From: Candidatus Magasanikiibacteriota bacterium
GTDB taxonomy: Bacteria > Patescibacteriota > Patescibacteriia > Magasanikbacterales > GWA2-37-8
Assembly: GCA_026396515.1 (NCBI GenBank)
Contig: JAPLWQ010000001.1
Coordinates: forward strand, 64,564 to 128,563
DNA: 64,000 nt
Reading direction: 5' to 3'
The notes under the pieces were generated by a model. It was not told where the DNA came from and ran no database searches. It saw nothing but the letters and a program-made list of their open reading frames with translations. A program made the position numbers and the translations under genes. Shown piece by piece: positions 48,801-57,900 of the stretch. Every line of letters begins with the position of its first letter. Position 1 is the first letter of the stretch.

Positions 48801-49825
48801 CCATGGCCATGGTCGGCCGTGTTCCGGTTAAAATATCCACCATTAACGGCGACATCCAAAGAGGCGACCTTCTGGTCGCATCCGACATCCAGGGAACGGC
48901 CATGAAGTATGACCCGACCAAAGATGATTCCAGAAAGATCGTCGGCATCATCGGTATCGCCCTTGAAAACTCCATAAATGCCACCAACGGTAAAATCATC
49001 GCCTTAATCCGCACCGGCTGGGTTTACAACAAAACCGAAGCCGCCGCCAAACTGGAACAACAAGTCCAAACCATTGCTGCGGTTGAAGGCATCGACCTGA
49101 ACGCCGACCCGGCTGACCTGAATGTTGGCGGGGGTGGGGGAGAGTTGACATATTCGGGCGGAAATTTGAATTTGAATAATTATAGTATTTTAAATGTTAA
49201 ATCAATTGTTGGCGCGAGTAATAAATGGACGATTGATGACAACGGTTTGCTAATAGCAAGAGTGATGACCAGCCAGGGAGAAAAAAGCGTTTACGGATTA
49301 AGTTCTGAATCCGCTGAATTGCAACTATCCGGTTCGGCAGCGCTTGTGAACGGCGAAGCGAGAGTTATTTTTGCTACTGACACGCAAGAAATTATTGATG
49401 AGTCGGCGGTGATAAAAGTTATTCCTGCTTTGACTTCGGGTGAATGCAACGGAATATTTGTAAGTGAAAAATCGGCGCAAGGGTTTACAATAAAAGAATT
49501 AAATAGCGGAACGAGTGCAGCGACGTTTGACTGGATAGTGGTGGCCAAAAGAAAAATGATTTTGTCGGTTGAAACACCTGTGGTTGAAGATCTAATTGAT
49601 GATGGGTCGGGCGGCTCTACACCTTTGCCGGAAGATGGTGAAACGGCTACAACACCGCCAGCAGATGTACCGCCAACAGAACAGCCCCCGGTTGATAATC
49701 CTCCGGCTGATGTTCCGCCAGCCGAAACGCCCTTGGTTGATAATCCACCGTCTGAACCGGCGCCAGAAGTTCAACCTCCAGCTGAAACACCGTCCGCGGA
49801 AACCCCTCCGGCAGAAACCCCATAA
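39893..49825 (+). CDS. giant secreted/surface tail-fibre-like repeat protein (~3310 aa) with an internal Peptidase_S74/endosialidase-chaperone-like domain
   Basis: Signal/anchor MTSHKAVILKLFGCFCLF. Conserved N-domain. Tens of 14-aa NTAxGxxALxSNTxG (Hep/Hag-like) repeats. At least 8 modules of the form ...GIGTTTPEF.L...RMIWYPRKAAFRAG..WDDANIG.YS.AFG. A Cys-knot (KQCSGHSDCGTGGVCSGGYC, 46374-46440). A CIMCD-like SSRAIKQDIS...NKYRFISD segment at ~48030-48330. A Pro-rich C-terminus. The start codon is uncertain (ATGs at 39893 and 39926, the latter with an SD); the track ATG at 39869 is not conserved in the paralog. Confidence 0.8.
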   Translation: MNLLSEKVVKKMTSHKAVILKLFGCFCLFTFISLGIVLVARSATPPSIITYQGKLLVGGSSASTTENMYFVLYDAPTGGTPLYTASGTLGATSSIAVTPFAGLFTVNLGDTGTNSLDPDIYKNNSAVYLEVRVGSEILTPRKRISSAPYAFNAKYLDGVAPSTNTNTAHIPVSDSSGNFNFNNITSTGAYVSGILSVVGNSYFGNIASGTWSGTAIGASRGGTGADSSGWTGFAYVSGGAWTSTTSIPAGSLPSNIMLEGENISLLNNDAGYVTSSFTPAGMVTGTGSNGQVTFWTGTSSVSGSSTFIWDNTNGRLGIGIPSPADAVDVVGNININAGGYYKYDGVNFAMAQPVLENFFTGGSGNLSMTGMYNVANGYRAFIANTTGFNNTADGAYSMYSNTTGNNNLASGVQALYWNESGSGNTGVGSNALASNTSSDANVAVGYGALYYNIVASNTAVGYEALLNNTTGGMNTANGYQALRSNTEGWENTATGFQALFSNTTGELNTAYGAGALMSNTTGSSNNAFGENALSSNSIGHDNTAIGENSLRDNTVGYYNTAVGSYSLVSNLTGIENIVVGSNALNYNETGSYNTALGNFALSFNVSSSANVAFGHASLYSNVAASNTAIGYRSGTNVTSGARNILVGYQAGESLITGSHNIVIGYDIDTPSLSSVDTLNIGNLIYGTGVDGSNTTISSGYIGIGTSTPLYKLTVAGDFAATGTIRVGNSMSAGTYGQLLMSTATSAQWISTSSLGLGNVSGTGLANHVSYWSSATSQTYDSDGNFYWDSTNNRLGIGTSTPQHTVEVMSTGLGNGIVVSSGTYMMAGIGNHGAYADAGALAAFYQGTMTALIGATGTSYIRGGFEVGPNAGLAGPEFKVDSNGNLTRINDITYSWPSVQGTAGTILQNTGAGALAWAATSSLGFASSSGSNEYIQNQFASNQSASFRIGGIGAMNTTTIGTTTPEFSLSIGGDGGMLAVGPGLGDDSEGTVLTTSGTGTRMIWFPRKAAFRAGSVGEDGEYADAWDDANIGHHSTSFGGSNTASGKYTFAAGYGNTAATGFSFTLGARNFVDGSSDGPGALGSQNYVYANQGAMAIGRGNTVITPAGNSPAMAIGYFNSSTGAYSNSFGSYMNVSGEYAFGINVSTTPATLAQNNTIALMGGNVGVGTVTPEFRLSVDNDGGVIAKGTFGAGASLSTSGAGTRMFWYPRKAAFRAGRTIGSGWDDINIGEYSAAFGFDTVASGTASFAMGTQAVASEEHGTAIGMSVEASGYNAMALGYGVNVSGWGSFGLNVSTTYYPTVSQGNTIALLGGNVGIGTTVPNDSLDVVGNVDIAAGSYYKYNNVNFAMASTTLGNYFFGGAGNLLMTGDNNTAGGNGALSVNTSGQWDVALGSGALDANTGGNQNTAVGFSALGSNVSSGENTAIGTYALGNNNGGFFNSALGADALRMNTNGNDNNAFGFQALYRNTTGVSNLAFGGSALHENIGGGGNIAVGGGSLYSNIGGGQNTAIGLNTLYNNTSGDNNAVLGSNALYYNTTGLGNTAVGTYSGRGSGSDVNMRSVIDTYSTFLGYGASRDSSVASTTILTNATAIGYQAKVGANNAIVLGGTGSYAVNVGIGTISPTYRLTVMGDFAATGTIRVGDTMSAGTYGQLLMSTATSAQWISTSSLGLGNVSGTGLANHVSYWSSATSQTYDSDGNFYWDSTNNRLGIGTTTPEFRLSVENDGGIIAKGTYGSGATLTTSGEGARMIWYPRKAAFRAGYAYDTQWDDANIGDYSVAFNRNTIASGAYSSAFGRASVASGTYSTAIGYGSVAGGIASVAIGYTSQANASESIAVGTNMIVNGNYSFGLNVSSTSYTLSQANTIALMGGNVGIGTTTPSTLLHIAGTTTAQNIVPDMTGGSGNMSLYNLGASTTRWNSIWTGTTNIGTSTWSLTTAGDGRLGFFSQPNGGGSEYVTVATSGYVGFGITNPQLKLSMDTTAPNNWINGLNMVGNASPTVFLGNYNSSGYYSSMLALYDNTSADPFTLVAVGKSFFNYGLSVGVATQTYSQPLFTVGNAYQFGVNSSGNLVRINNVTTSWPGTQGAAGSILQNNGAGTLTWASTSSLGLASSSGSNNYIQNQSSANQSASFRITGTGTLAAVGIGVTNPAKSLDVNGSAIFNKQCSGHSDCGTGGVCSGGYCIAGSEMSKIGVGTITPEFSLSMDYDGGIIAKGTYGSGATLTTSGAGTKLIWYPQKAAFRAGYVNGTQWNDANIGAYSAAFGNNNTASGASDFAAGNGNTAGGGASVAMGVSNVASGYGAIALGALNNSTANYAVTMGYGNSASGVSQAQAYGNYAISDSQNSIAFGNYVTSSNYASMALGHKMTVSGGYSFGVNVSDTPATLSQASTIALMGGKVGIGTTTPEFRLSIDNDGGIIAKGTYTTGATLTTSGAGTRMIWYPRKAAFRVGAVGILTNSDGWDDSKVGMASFVAGADSIASNTLSVAFGYNNFSTGPASFVGGANSTSSASTSFAYGNGVVSSGNRSFAIGNFTVASGTNSFAGGMEGTIASGDNSFAFGNAAVTLGTNSFAGGMFSTAGGENSIAFGNNVEATGINSVGFGMDTIVSGDSAFAFGVQTTTAAGDASFAGGVRAYAGGDYSFAFGADTTSTGGNSFALGSDITVQGLNSFGISLMGGADRLVTSNNVMAIMGGNVGIGSSSPNYLLSMEASGGGFYSVADKQWHAGSSRAIKQDISVISSDQRDDLLTLLDNIEINKYRFISDFNENGADAIWQYGFIADDTDELLSGRNHDGVAMGSAIQFLLTNLQTIYRAFNPIDLAIDVNTSSISFNTNKLSFSTSTIFETAVSNDSNARAFVFNAINFNTSTSDRYLLSLRSNNTPVFSVTANGDVHSSGNIYAASAVLGTSTNPGDLAERVDIAMEENVEPGDVLMVDENNPDSYRRTAQAYEPTVAGVVSTNPTIIVGNGKTEQTAPMAMVGRVPVKISTINGDIQRGDLLVASDIQGTAMKYDPTKDDSRKIVGIIGIALENSINATNGKIIALIRTGWVYNKTEAAAKLEQQVQTIAAVEGIDLNADPADLNVGGGGGELTYSGGNLNLNNYSILNVKSIVGASNKWTIDDNGLLIARVMTSQGEKSVYGLSSESAELQLSGSAALVNGEARVIFATDTQEIIDESAVIKVIPALTSGECNGIFVSEKSAQGFTIKELNSGTSAATFDWIVVAKRKMILSVETPVVEDLIDDGSGGSTPLPEDGETATTPPADVPPTEQPPVDNPPADVPPAETPLVDNPPSEPAPEVQPPAETPSAETPPAETP

Positions 49826-49834
49826 TTTAAATCT

Positions 49835-49862
49835 ACGCTCCGCGACTTGCGGAGCGTTTTTG
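49835..49862 (+). terminator. Rho-independent terminator after giant gene 1
   Basis: cgctccg-cgacttg-cggagcg followed by a T-run. Confidence 0.6.
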
Positions 49863-50094
49863 GCTAAGGTAATAGTAAATTTGCCTAACCACTCTTGACA
49901 GAATGTATTAAAGAGATATATTATATGTAGTTCTATTCTTGTCATTCTGAACACAGTGAACGAACCTTTCTTTCATTGTATTCAGGATGATAATTCGTCC
50001 TTTGAAAATATATTGAGGCAAATAAAAATTGTAAACTCACCCGATCTCATCGGGTAATTCAGCGGGGTGTCTGCTCCGCACGAGAGGTAGAAAA

Positions 50095-51783
50095 ATGTTC
50101 AAGACGATTTGGTTCGTGATGCTTGCGCAGGCCATGGCGACCATGTCCTTCACCGCTTGCGGCGACGATGAGAACGCAAACCCCGACAGCGACTCTGACA
50201 CTGACACGGATGTCGATACCGATTCCGACACGGATACGGACACGGACACCGACACGGACACGGACACGGATACCGATTCGGACTCGGATACCGACACTGA
50301 TTCCGACACCGACACTGACACGGATACCGACGCTGACACAGACACCGACACGGATACGGATACCGACACCGACACCGACACGGATACGGACGGTGACACC
50401 GACCTCGGCCCGTTCATCGTGGACGGTGCCATGCAGAAGGGCCCGCTCCTCACCGGAAGCTCTCTGGATGCGAACATGATGGACGCGACTGGCATATGGA
50501 CCGGTGCGTCCTACCCCGCAGTCACCGAGGACGATCTCGGGACGTTCAGCATCATTGCCGCCACATCCGGCCCGACTGAGCTGGTGGGTAACGGCTTCTA
50601 CTATAACGAGATCATCGACGATCTTTCGGGGGCGGCCATCACTTTGCGGGCGCTCTACGAGATCACCGGCCCCGATCCGCAGCAAGCCTACCTGAACGTC
50701 TTCACGCATATGTCGAGCGGGTTGGCTCTCAAAACCTTCCGCGATAGCCTGGGTGTGACATCAGTCGCCGATTCGGTGGCTTATGCCGAAGATACGCTTT
50801 TCGACGAGCTCGGCATCCAGCACCCTCTCGGCGCGTTGGTCGGTCACGGCACGGATATGGATCTCACCGGTAGCGACAGCCCAGATAATCAGTACATCAT
50901 GGCAGTCAGCTGTATCATAGCCAAGGCCGCAGACCTGCGAGCTTCCACGCCCGATGAGGTGGACGCCCGCCTGCAGGAGCTTCTCAACAACATCCGAAGC
51001 CAGCTGCAAATCAGCGGTATGATCTCGGGTGAGTACAAGCAGTACCTGCGCGACGGCGAGGCGGCTTTGGACCCGATCGAGGGCTGCGTCACCAATCTCG
51101 AGAACTACTTGGAAGATGTGACCGGCGTACCGCAGACCTTGCCTGATCCGAATCAGGCGGCCGACAACGACGCCGACGGGATCACCAATGCCTATGACGA
51201 TGACATCGACGGCGATGGTGTCGTGAACGACAACAACGGCGACGACGTCCTTAACACCGCCGACTGCATCACGATTCCGCTCGTCGCCCCGTGTGAGGAC
51301 GAGTCTCCGTACAACAACACCATTGGTGGAGGCATCTACTTCGACTACGCGAACTCCCTCGCCTGGCAGGTCGAGCCGCCCTCTTCCTACTACAATTGGG
51401 ATGATGCGCAAGCCTACTGCGACGATCTCGATTTCAGCGGATACGACGACTGGCGCCTGCCGACCATCTGGGAATACCGTACGATCGTAAGCGGCTGTCC
51501 GGATAACGAAGTCCCGGACGGTGTCTGCGCGGTCGACGATACTTGCCTGGAAACATCCTGCGACAGTTTGTGCACGCACTGCACTCTATTTATGGGTCCG
51601 GCAGAGGGCGGGTGCTACTTCAACCCATCTCTGTCCGGCACCTGCACCGATGGGGTGTGGTCCTCGTCAACCACTACAGGATATATCTGGGTGATGGTTT
51701 TCAACGGCGGATACCCGGTCTGGACCGATGAAGCCAACGAAACATCGGCTCAGCCCGTCCGTTGCGTCCGCGACCTGATCTAA
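50095..51783 (+). CDS. secreted lipoprotein with a long Asp/Thr(Ser) dipeptide-repeat linker and a C-terminal DUF1566 (Lcl C-terminal-like) domain
   Basis: Lipobox ...MSFTAC; ~70 aa of (D-T/S)n; C-terminal WDDAQAYCDDLDFSGYDDWRLPTIWEYRTI matches the DUF1566 signature (W..A..C..L...G...WRLPt..E). GC about 62%. Confidence 0.6.
   Translation: MFKTIWFVMLAQAMATMSFTACGDDENANPDSDSDTDTDVDTDSDTDTDTDTDTDTDTDTDSDSDTDTDSDTDTDTDTDADTDTDTDTDTDTDTDTDTDGDTDLGPFIVDGAMQKGPLLTGSSLDANMMDATGIWTGASYPAVTEDDLGTFSIIAATSGPTELVGNGFYYNEIIDDLSGAAITLRALYEITGPDPQQAYLNVFTHMSSGLALKTFRDSLGVTSVADSVAYAEDTLFDELGIQHPLGALVGHGTDMDLTGSDSPDNQYIMAVSCIIAKAADLRASTPDEVDARLQELLNNIRSQLQISGMISGEYKQYLRDGEAALDPIEGCVTNLENYLEDVTGVPQTLPDPNQAADNDADGITNAYDDDIDGDGVVNDNNGDDVLNTADCITIPLVAPCEDESPYNNTIGGGIYFDYANSLAWQVEPPSSYYNWDDAQAYCDDLDFSGYDDWRLPTIWEYRTIVSGCPDNEVPDGVCAVDDTCLETSCDSLCTHCTLFMGPAEGGCYFNPSLSGTCTDGVWSSSTTTGYIWVMVFNGGYPVWTDEANETSAQPVRCVRDLI
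50195..50400 (+). repeat. tandem 6-bp-periodic repeat (gac-acg/gat-tcg) encoding (DT/DS)n
   Basis: Seen directly in the DNA and the protein. It causes the long shadow ORFs on the - strand (50037..50709). Confidence 0.8.
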
Positions 51784-51813
51784 CCTGCCTCAATTCCGCT
51801 CTTTCCAACCACG

Positions 51814-51848
51814 CCCGCCAAGTCACTGCGACCTCTGGCGGGTTTTTT
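51814..51848 (+). terminator. terminator after the DUF1566 gene
   Basis: cccgcca-(17 nt)-tggcggg followed by T6. Confidence 0.45.
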
Positions 51849-51977
51849 AATTTAAAAAATAGGCCATATTTTTGTATAGGGGCCCATTATTCAAATGTGT
51901 GGATAACTTCTCCAAAAACATACTAAGTTGGCCTCAAAAATGGTATAATAATAACGGTTATACAATCTATACCGACT

Positions 51978-54900
51978 ATGAATTTTGTGTCGGAGAAGGT
52001 AGCGAAAAAAATGACATCGCATAAAGCGGTAATTTTGAAATTATTCGGTAGTTTTTGTCTCTTCGCCGGTTTTATTTCTCTCGCCTTATCTGCCCAGGGA
52101 GCTCAGCCCCCTCAGATAATCACTTACCAGGGCAAACTTCTTATCGGTGGGTCGCCTGCCTCCACCACGCAGAACATGTATTTTGTTTTGTATGATGCTC
52201 CCACCGGCGGTACACCTCTTTACACCGCATCCGGCACTCTGGTTGTCACTTCTTCCATCGCGGTCACTCCGGTTTCAGGATTGTTCACTGTAAACCTTGG
52301 CGACACCGGTACCAACGCACTTGATTCTAAAATGTTTCAAAACAACAGCGCCCTCTATATTGAAGTGAGAATTGGTTCTGAAATCTTGACTCCGCGCAAG
52401 CGCATCTCTTCCGCGCCCTACGCTTTCAACTCAAAATATTTAGACGGCGTTGCGCCGTCAACAAATACCAACACCACCCACATTCCGGTCTCTGACTCAT
52501 CGGGCAATTTTAATTTTAACAATGTCACTTCCACCGCTGCCTATGTGGGCGGAATTTTAAGCGTGGTCGGAAATTCATATTTCGGAAATATTGCTTCCGG
52601 CACTTGGAGCGGTACTGCCATCGGAGCTTCTCGCGGCGGCACCGGAGCTGATTCTTCCGGCTGGACCGGCTTTGCTTATGTGAGTGGTGGCGCTTGGACA
52701 TCAACCACTTCTATTCCTGCCGGTTCGCTCCCGAGCAATATCATGCTTGAAGGCGAAAATATTTCTCTGCTTAACAACGACGCCGGATATATCACCAGCA
52801 CATTGTCTTACGTTGAAACAGATCCTATTTGGTCAGCCGTTTCAACTTCCCTAACCGTATCCAACTTTGCCACTAACACAATATCGCAGTGGTATAACAA
52901 TGCAGGCTACATCACAGACGGTAATACCAACTGGGATAATTCATACGGTTTCATAACTTCCAGTTCGGCTGATAACTTAACCAACAAGACCGGCCTCATC
53001 TCCATGTGGACCAACAATGTTGGTTATATCACCAACACGCTTTCATACGTTGAGACTGATCCGATTTGGATGGCCGCTTCTTCAAGTTATTCATTAATCA
53101 CACATAATCATTACGGCGTTTACGCCTCTTCAACTCATTATCATACATCTACTACTATTTCTGACTTAGTTGTTGCTGATTTTGCCACACCAAACATTTC
53201 GCAGTGGACCAATGATTCCGGTTATGTCACTTCTTCTTATGTACCGACCGGAATGGTTTCGGGCACCGGTTCAAATGGCCAGGTTAGTTTCTGGACGGGC
53301 GCGAATTCTGTTTCCGGTTCATCCACTTTTGTATGGAATAATACGAATGGCAGATTAAGCATTGGCACATCAACAACAGCGTATAAATTATGGGTTGAAG
53401 CCGGAGCAAATGACGGCATGGTACTGACCAGAGGGGGAGTGCCGATGGCAGCGCTGGCAACAGGAGCTGCGGCGAATGGAGTGCTACAGCTATATAATAG
53501 TTCGGGTACGCTGGCCACACAATTAGGCACCGGCGCGCTTGAAATGATGAATTTTTCAGGTGTAACTACAACCCGTTTCTCTTCGGCCGGTTCGTCTTAT
53601 GTGACCGGCGGGCGGTTTGGTTCAGGTACAAGTTCATTGGATGCGCAGATCGTTATCCAACCGCACGAGTTCGGAATGGCGAATGTTTTCAAAATATATG
53701 ATTGGAATGGTTTGCCGATATTAAATGTTTTGCAAAATGGAAATTTCGGTATTCTAGACGATACTCCGGCAGCTGCTTTAACTGTTGGGAGTGGTGATTT
53801 ATTTCAGGTGAATTCAAGTGGAAACATAATTAGAATAAATAATGTTGCTTATTCATGGCCATCTTTTAATAACAGTACAAGCTCAATTTTATTAAATGAT
53901 GGTTCTGGTAATTTATCTTGGGCCACATCTTCGCAATTCGGCGGTAGTGGCACAAGTACTTCTCCGGGCGGTTCCAACATGGCAATCCAGTTCAACGATG
54001 CAGGCGCCTTTGGTGGTACCTCTACTTTCGTTTGGGATAATTCTACTGGCCGCCTTGGCATCGGCACTTCCACGCCCCAAACTCTGTTTCAGGTAGCTGG
54101 CGTTGCAACAATGCAGAATATTATTCCGGATGGTCCTTATACCGGCAACATGAGCGCCTACAACCTGGGCGCATCCACCACGCGTTGGAATTCCATCTGG
54201 ACCGGCACGACAAATATCGGCACTAACACCTGGTCGCTTACCACTGGCGCTGACGGACGGCTTGGCATATTTGACCAGTCTAACGGCGGTGGAAATGAGC
54301 TAATATCTTTTGCCACAAACGGCAATGTTGGTATCGGTACTGTAGCTACTAGTACAAGGTTCTATATTGATAATCCACAATCTGGATTAGAGTTGATTAA
54401 CTATACCGGTCTGCCCCAGAATATTAATAATATCCGGGTCACCAATGACAAGGCCTATTATATCGCCTGGGAAAGCGGCTTGGGAAGATATTATATTGGA
54501 ATTTCTGATGTTTCGGTTCAGTCTGCGCCGGCTCTTATATCAACGACAACCCCGGCGTATCCGGTATTAGCTTCAGGCGGTGAAGAGTTCGCCGCTGATG
54601 GAAATAATGTGTATATTGGCGTACGGGATGATGTCGCAGGAACGACCTCGGTCTATATTTATGATGTCACCACTCCGGCCTCCCCATCCCATGTCGGTAC
54701 GATTGGCGCTGGGACATCTACGATCGATGAAATGGACGTGCGCGGAAACAATTTGTACATTGCCACCTCAGATGTCGGCGGGGCGATGCTAAGTGTTTAT
54801 AATATCTCCGTTCCGTCTTCTCCCTCCTTCACCACTTCAACCGCCCTTATGGATGCTGCTCGTCAAATGAGCGTTGACGATAATTTTGCATACGTGGGTG

Positions 54901-57900
54901 AGAATTCACAATTGGAAATTTTTACTCTTGCCAATCTGGCGAATAAAACCAATATTCCATCTGCTTCTTCCCGATTTTCGGACGTGAAAAGATCAGGGGA
55001 TTATTTATTTGCTGTTGAGGAAGGTTATGGCGTCAGGTTTTTTAATGTCACCAATGAAATGACGCCGGTTGAATTGAATTCCGGATCACCATTCATTTCG
55101 AGTTATGGAGAAGTGTATCGTTTCGTGATTGATGGGACTATTGTTTATTCAACTATCCGGGATGAAGGTGTCGAAGCGTTTGATATTACAAGTTCAACTG
55201 ATTGGTCTTCATTGGCTTTTTTTGCTTATGAATATACACTGCCGCACATCGATGTGGATGCGGACCATTATATATATGCTGATGCCCCAAAATATACAGG
55301 CATTTTAAAATTAAATGTCGTAACCGGCGCGAAGCCATATGCGGCGATTTTTTCAGGTGGCAATGTTGGTATTGGCACTACCGCTCCAACCAAGGCCCTG
55401 ACTGTTGTCGGATCAATTGAGGCCTCCCGGGGTATTTATTTGCAATCAGCTGTTCCGGGTGATACGACAAACGCGTTATATAATGATGGAAGCACGTTAT
55501 ATTGGAATGGCGCCCCAGTAGTGGCTTCCACACTTCCGGGCGGTAGCTACGGCAATATCCAGTATAATGATGGCGCTGGTGGTTTCGCCGGCCTCGGGGG
55601 CTCTCTCCTTATCGGCGATTCGATGTATGTCGGCATGGGCAATGATACAAATTACCAATGGTGGACGGGTGAAGTCGCGGCAATTGGTGGTGCAGCTAAT
55701 ACTATTAATTCCAGTTACAGCGCAATTATCGGCGGCATGAGTAATACCGTAGGTTTAAATGACGGGACGTTTAATGGTCTGCGTGGCGCCCGGTCAGTCG
55801 TAATTGGTGGTTCAGGGAATATAGCCGGTAATTCCAGTACTTATCCCTTTGGTTATGCTGATGCCGCTGTAGTGGGCGGTATAAGCAATCAGGCGAGGGG
55901 TGAAAGGTCATTTATTGGCGGCGGCGCCCACAACAATGCTATGGGTGTGAATTCATACGCCTTTGGTTATGGTATGACCGTTTATGGAAATTATTCTTTT
56001 GGCATTAATGTCAATTCAAGTTCCTTACCAATATTGTCTCAAAACAATTCCATTGCCCTCTTGGGTGGCAATGTTGGCATTGGTAATAACGCCCCGTCTT
56101 ATCAATTGGATGTAAACGGTGACATCAACCTGAACGGCGATTTGCGCGTCAGCGGCACCGCCGGATCAATGGGGCAGATATTGCAAGCAACCGGTTTCGG
56201 CATGCAGTGGGTTTCCACAAATACACTTGGCATTACCGACACAACAAGTACCCCGGGCGGTTCGAATATGTCGGTGCAATTTAATAGTGCAAACACATTT
56301 GGTGGAACTTCCACTTTTGTTTGGAATAATACAAACGGTCGGCTCGGTATTGGCACTTCTACACCCGTAACCGCGTTATCAATAATCGCACCAACCGGGA
56401 ACAGCGGCATGCAGATAGCTAATACAAGCGGCCAAGCTGTTTTTGCAGCCGGTACGCACGCCATGGATACCTCTGCAGGTATAATGGCGATTTATTATAA
56501 TAATTCCGCATATTCATATTTGTCTGCCACAAGCACGCTGACACCTTATGCCTTAAGCCTCGCTTCCGGCGTATTCGCGGTTGAACATGACGGTAATTTA
56601 AATAAGATAAGAGGCATATCTTATTACTGGCCGACAAGCGCGGCAACTAATTCTTTTCTTTATTATAACAATTCGGGTGTTTTATCATGGGAAACTACCA
56701 GCTCGCTCGGCATAGGAGGCGGAGTTACCGGTTCCGGTACTTCCACCCAAGTTGCTTTTTGGAGCGGAGCTAATTCTCTCTCATCATCAAGTTCGCTTTA
56801 TTGGGATAATACTAATGGGAGGTTGGGGATAAATAACAGCGCTCCGGAATTCGCGCTGACGTTAGGTAATGACGGTGGTATTATTGCCGCCGGCACAGCT
56901 GGTTCTGGTGCAACGCTCGCTTCTGCCGGCGCCGGTACGCGAATGATCTGGTACCCAAGAAAAGCGGCGTTTAGAGCGGGTTATGTGAACAACACTCAAT
57001 GGGATGATGTCAATATCGGCGCTTACTCATTTGCCGGAGGCAACCAGGTGAGGGCAAGCGGTCAGGGGAGTACAGCATTTGGAACAGCCAGTATTGCAAG
57101 TGGCAACGGTTCGTTTGCCGCCGGCGATTTTGCTTCTGCCAGTGGTGAGTATGCTTTCGCCGGTGGTGAAGGTACGATTGCCTCGGGTAAGTCTTCTGTT
57201 GCTTTAGGTAATTTTACAGTTGCCTCGAATAATTATTCCGTTGCTTTAGGTAATTATACAGTCGCTAATTCAACGGGAGCTTTTTCCGCCGGCAACTATA
57301 ATACTTCTTCGGCGAATTATGCCTCTACTCTTGGCAGTTATAACACTGCTGCCGGAAATAGCTCACTTGCTTTAGGTTTGGGAAATTATGTGAATACAAG
57401 TGGTTTATATGGTGCAGTAGCTATGGGCAGCAGCTCATACGTTAACGCCCAAACAGCCATGGCTTTTGGACGCAATGTTACAACTACGGGAAATAATTCG
57501 ATAGCAATGGGCCAGTATTTAACTGTTAGTGGCGTGGGTTCGTTTGGCCTTAGTGTCAGTTCCACTCTTAATCCAACAATATCAAACAACAATGTAATCG
57601 CACTAATGGGAGGTAACGTCGGTATTGCAAATACAGGACCGACCGTAGCATTAAATGTTGGCGCCTTGACTGGTTCTGCGGCGGATGGTGGAATAATAGC
57701 TCGCGGAAATTTAGGGTCAGGCTCTATCCTGGATTCAACAAATTTACCGGCCGCCAGTGGCGCATATATGATTTGGAATCCGAGAAAGGGAGCATTCAGG
57801 GCAACAACTGAATCTTCCGTCACATATTTAAGGGATGGTTATGTCGGTATAAGTTCGGTGGCGATGGGCAATAATGTTATCGCTAGTGGAACAGCTTCAG

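Noticed and set aside
50195-50400. Possible CRISPR-like regularity of the GACACGGATACG repeats
   Set aside because: The period is 6/12 bp with no spacers. It lies within a coding frame and is translated as (DT)n, so it is a coding microsatellite, not a CRISPR array.
50037-50709. Minus-strand ORFs of 152 and 216 aa made of (VS)n/(RV)n repeats
   Set aside because: They are antisense read-through of the 6-bp-periodic DT-repeat tract of the 50095..51783 gene. The + strand frame has a lipobox and a DUF1566 domain.
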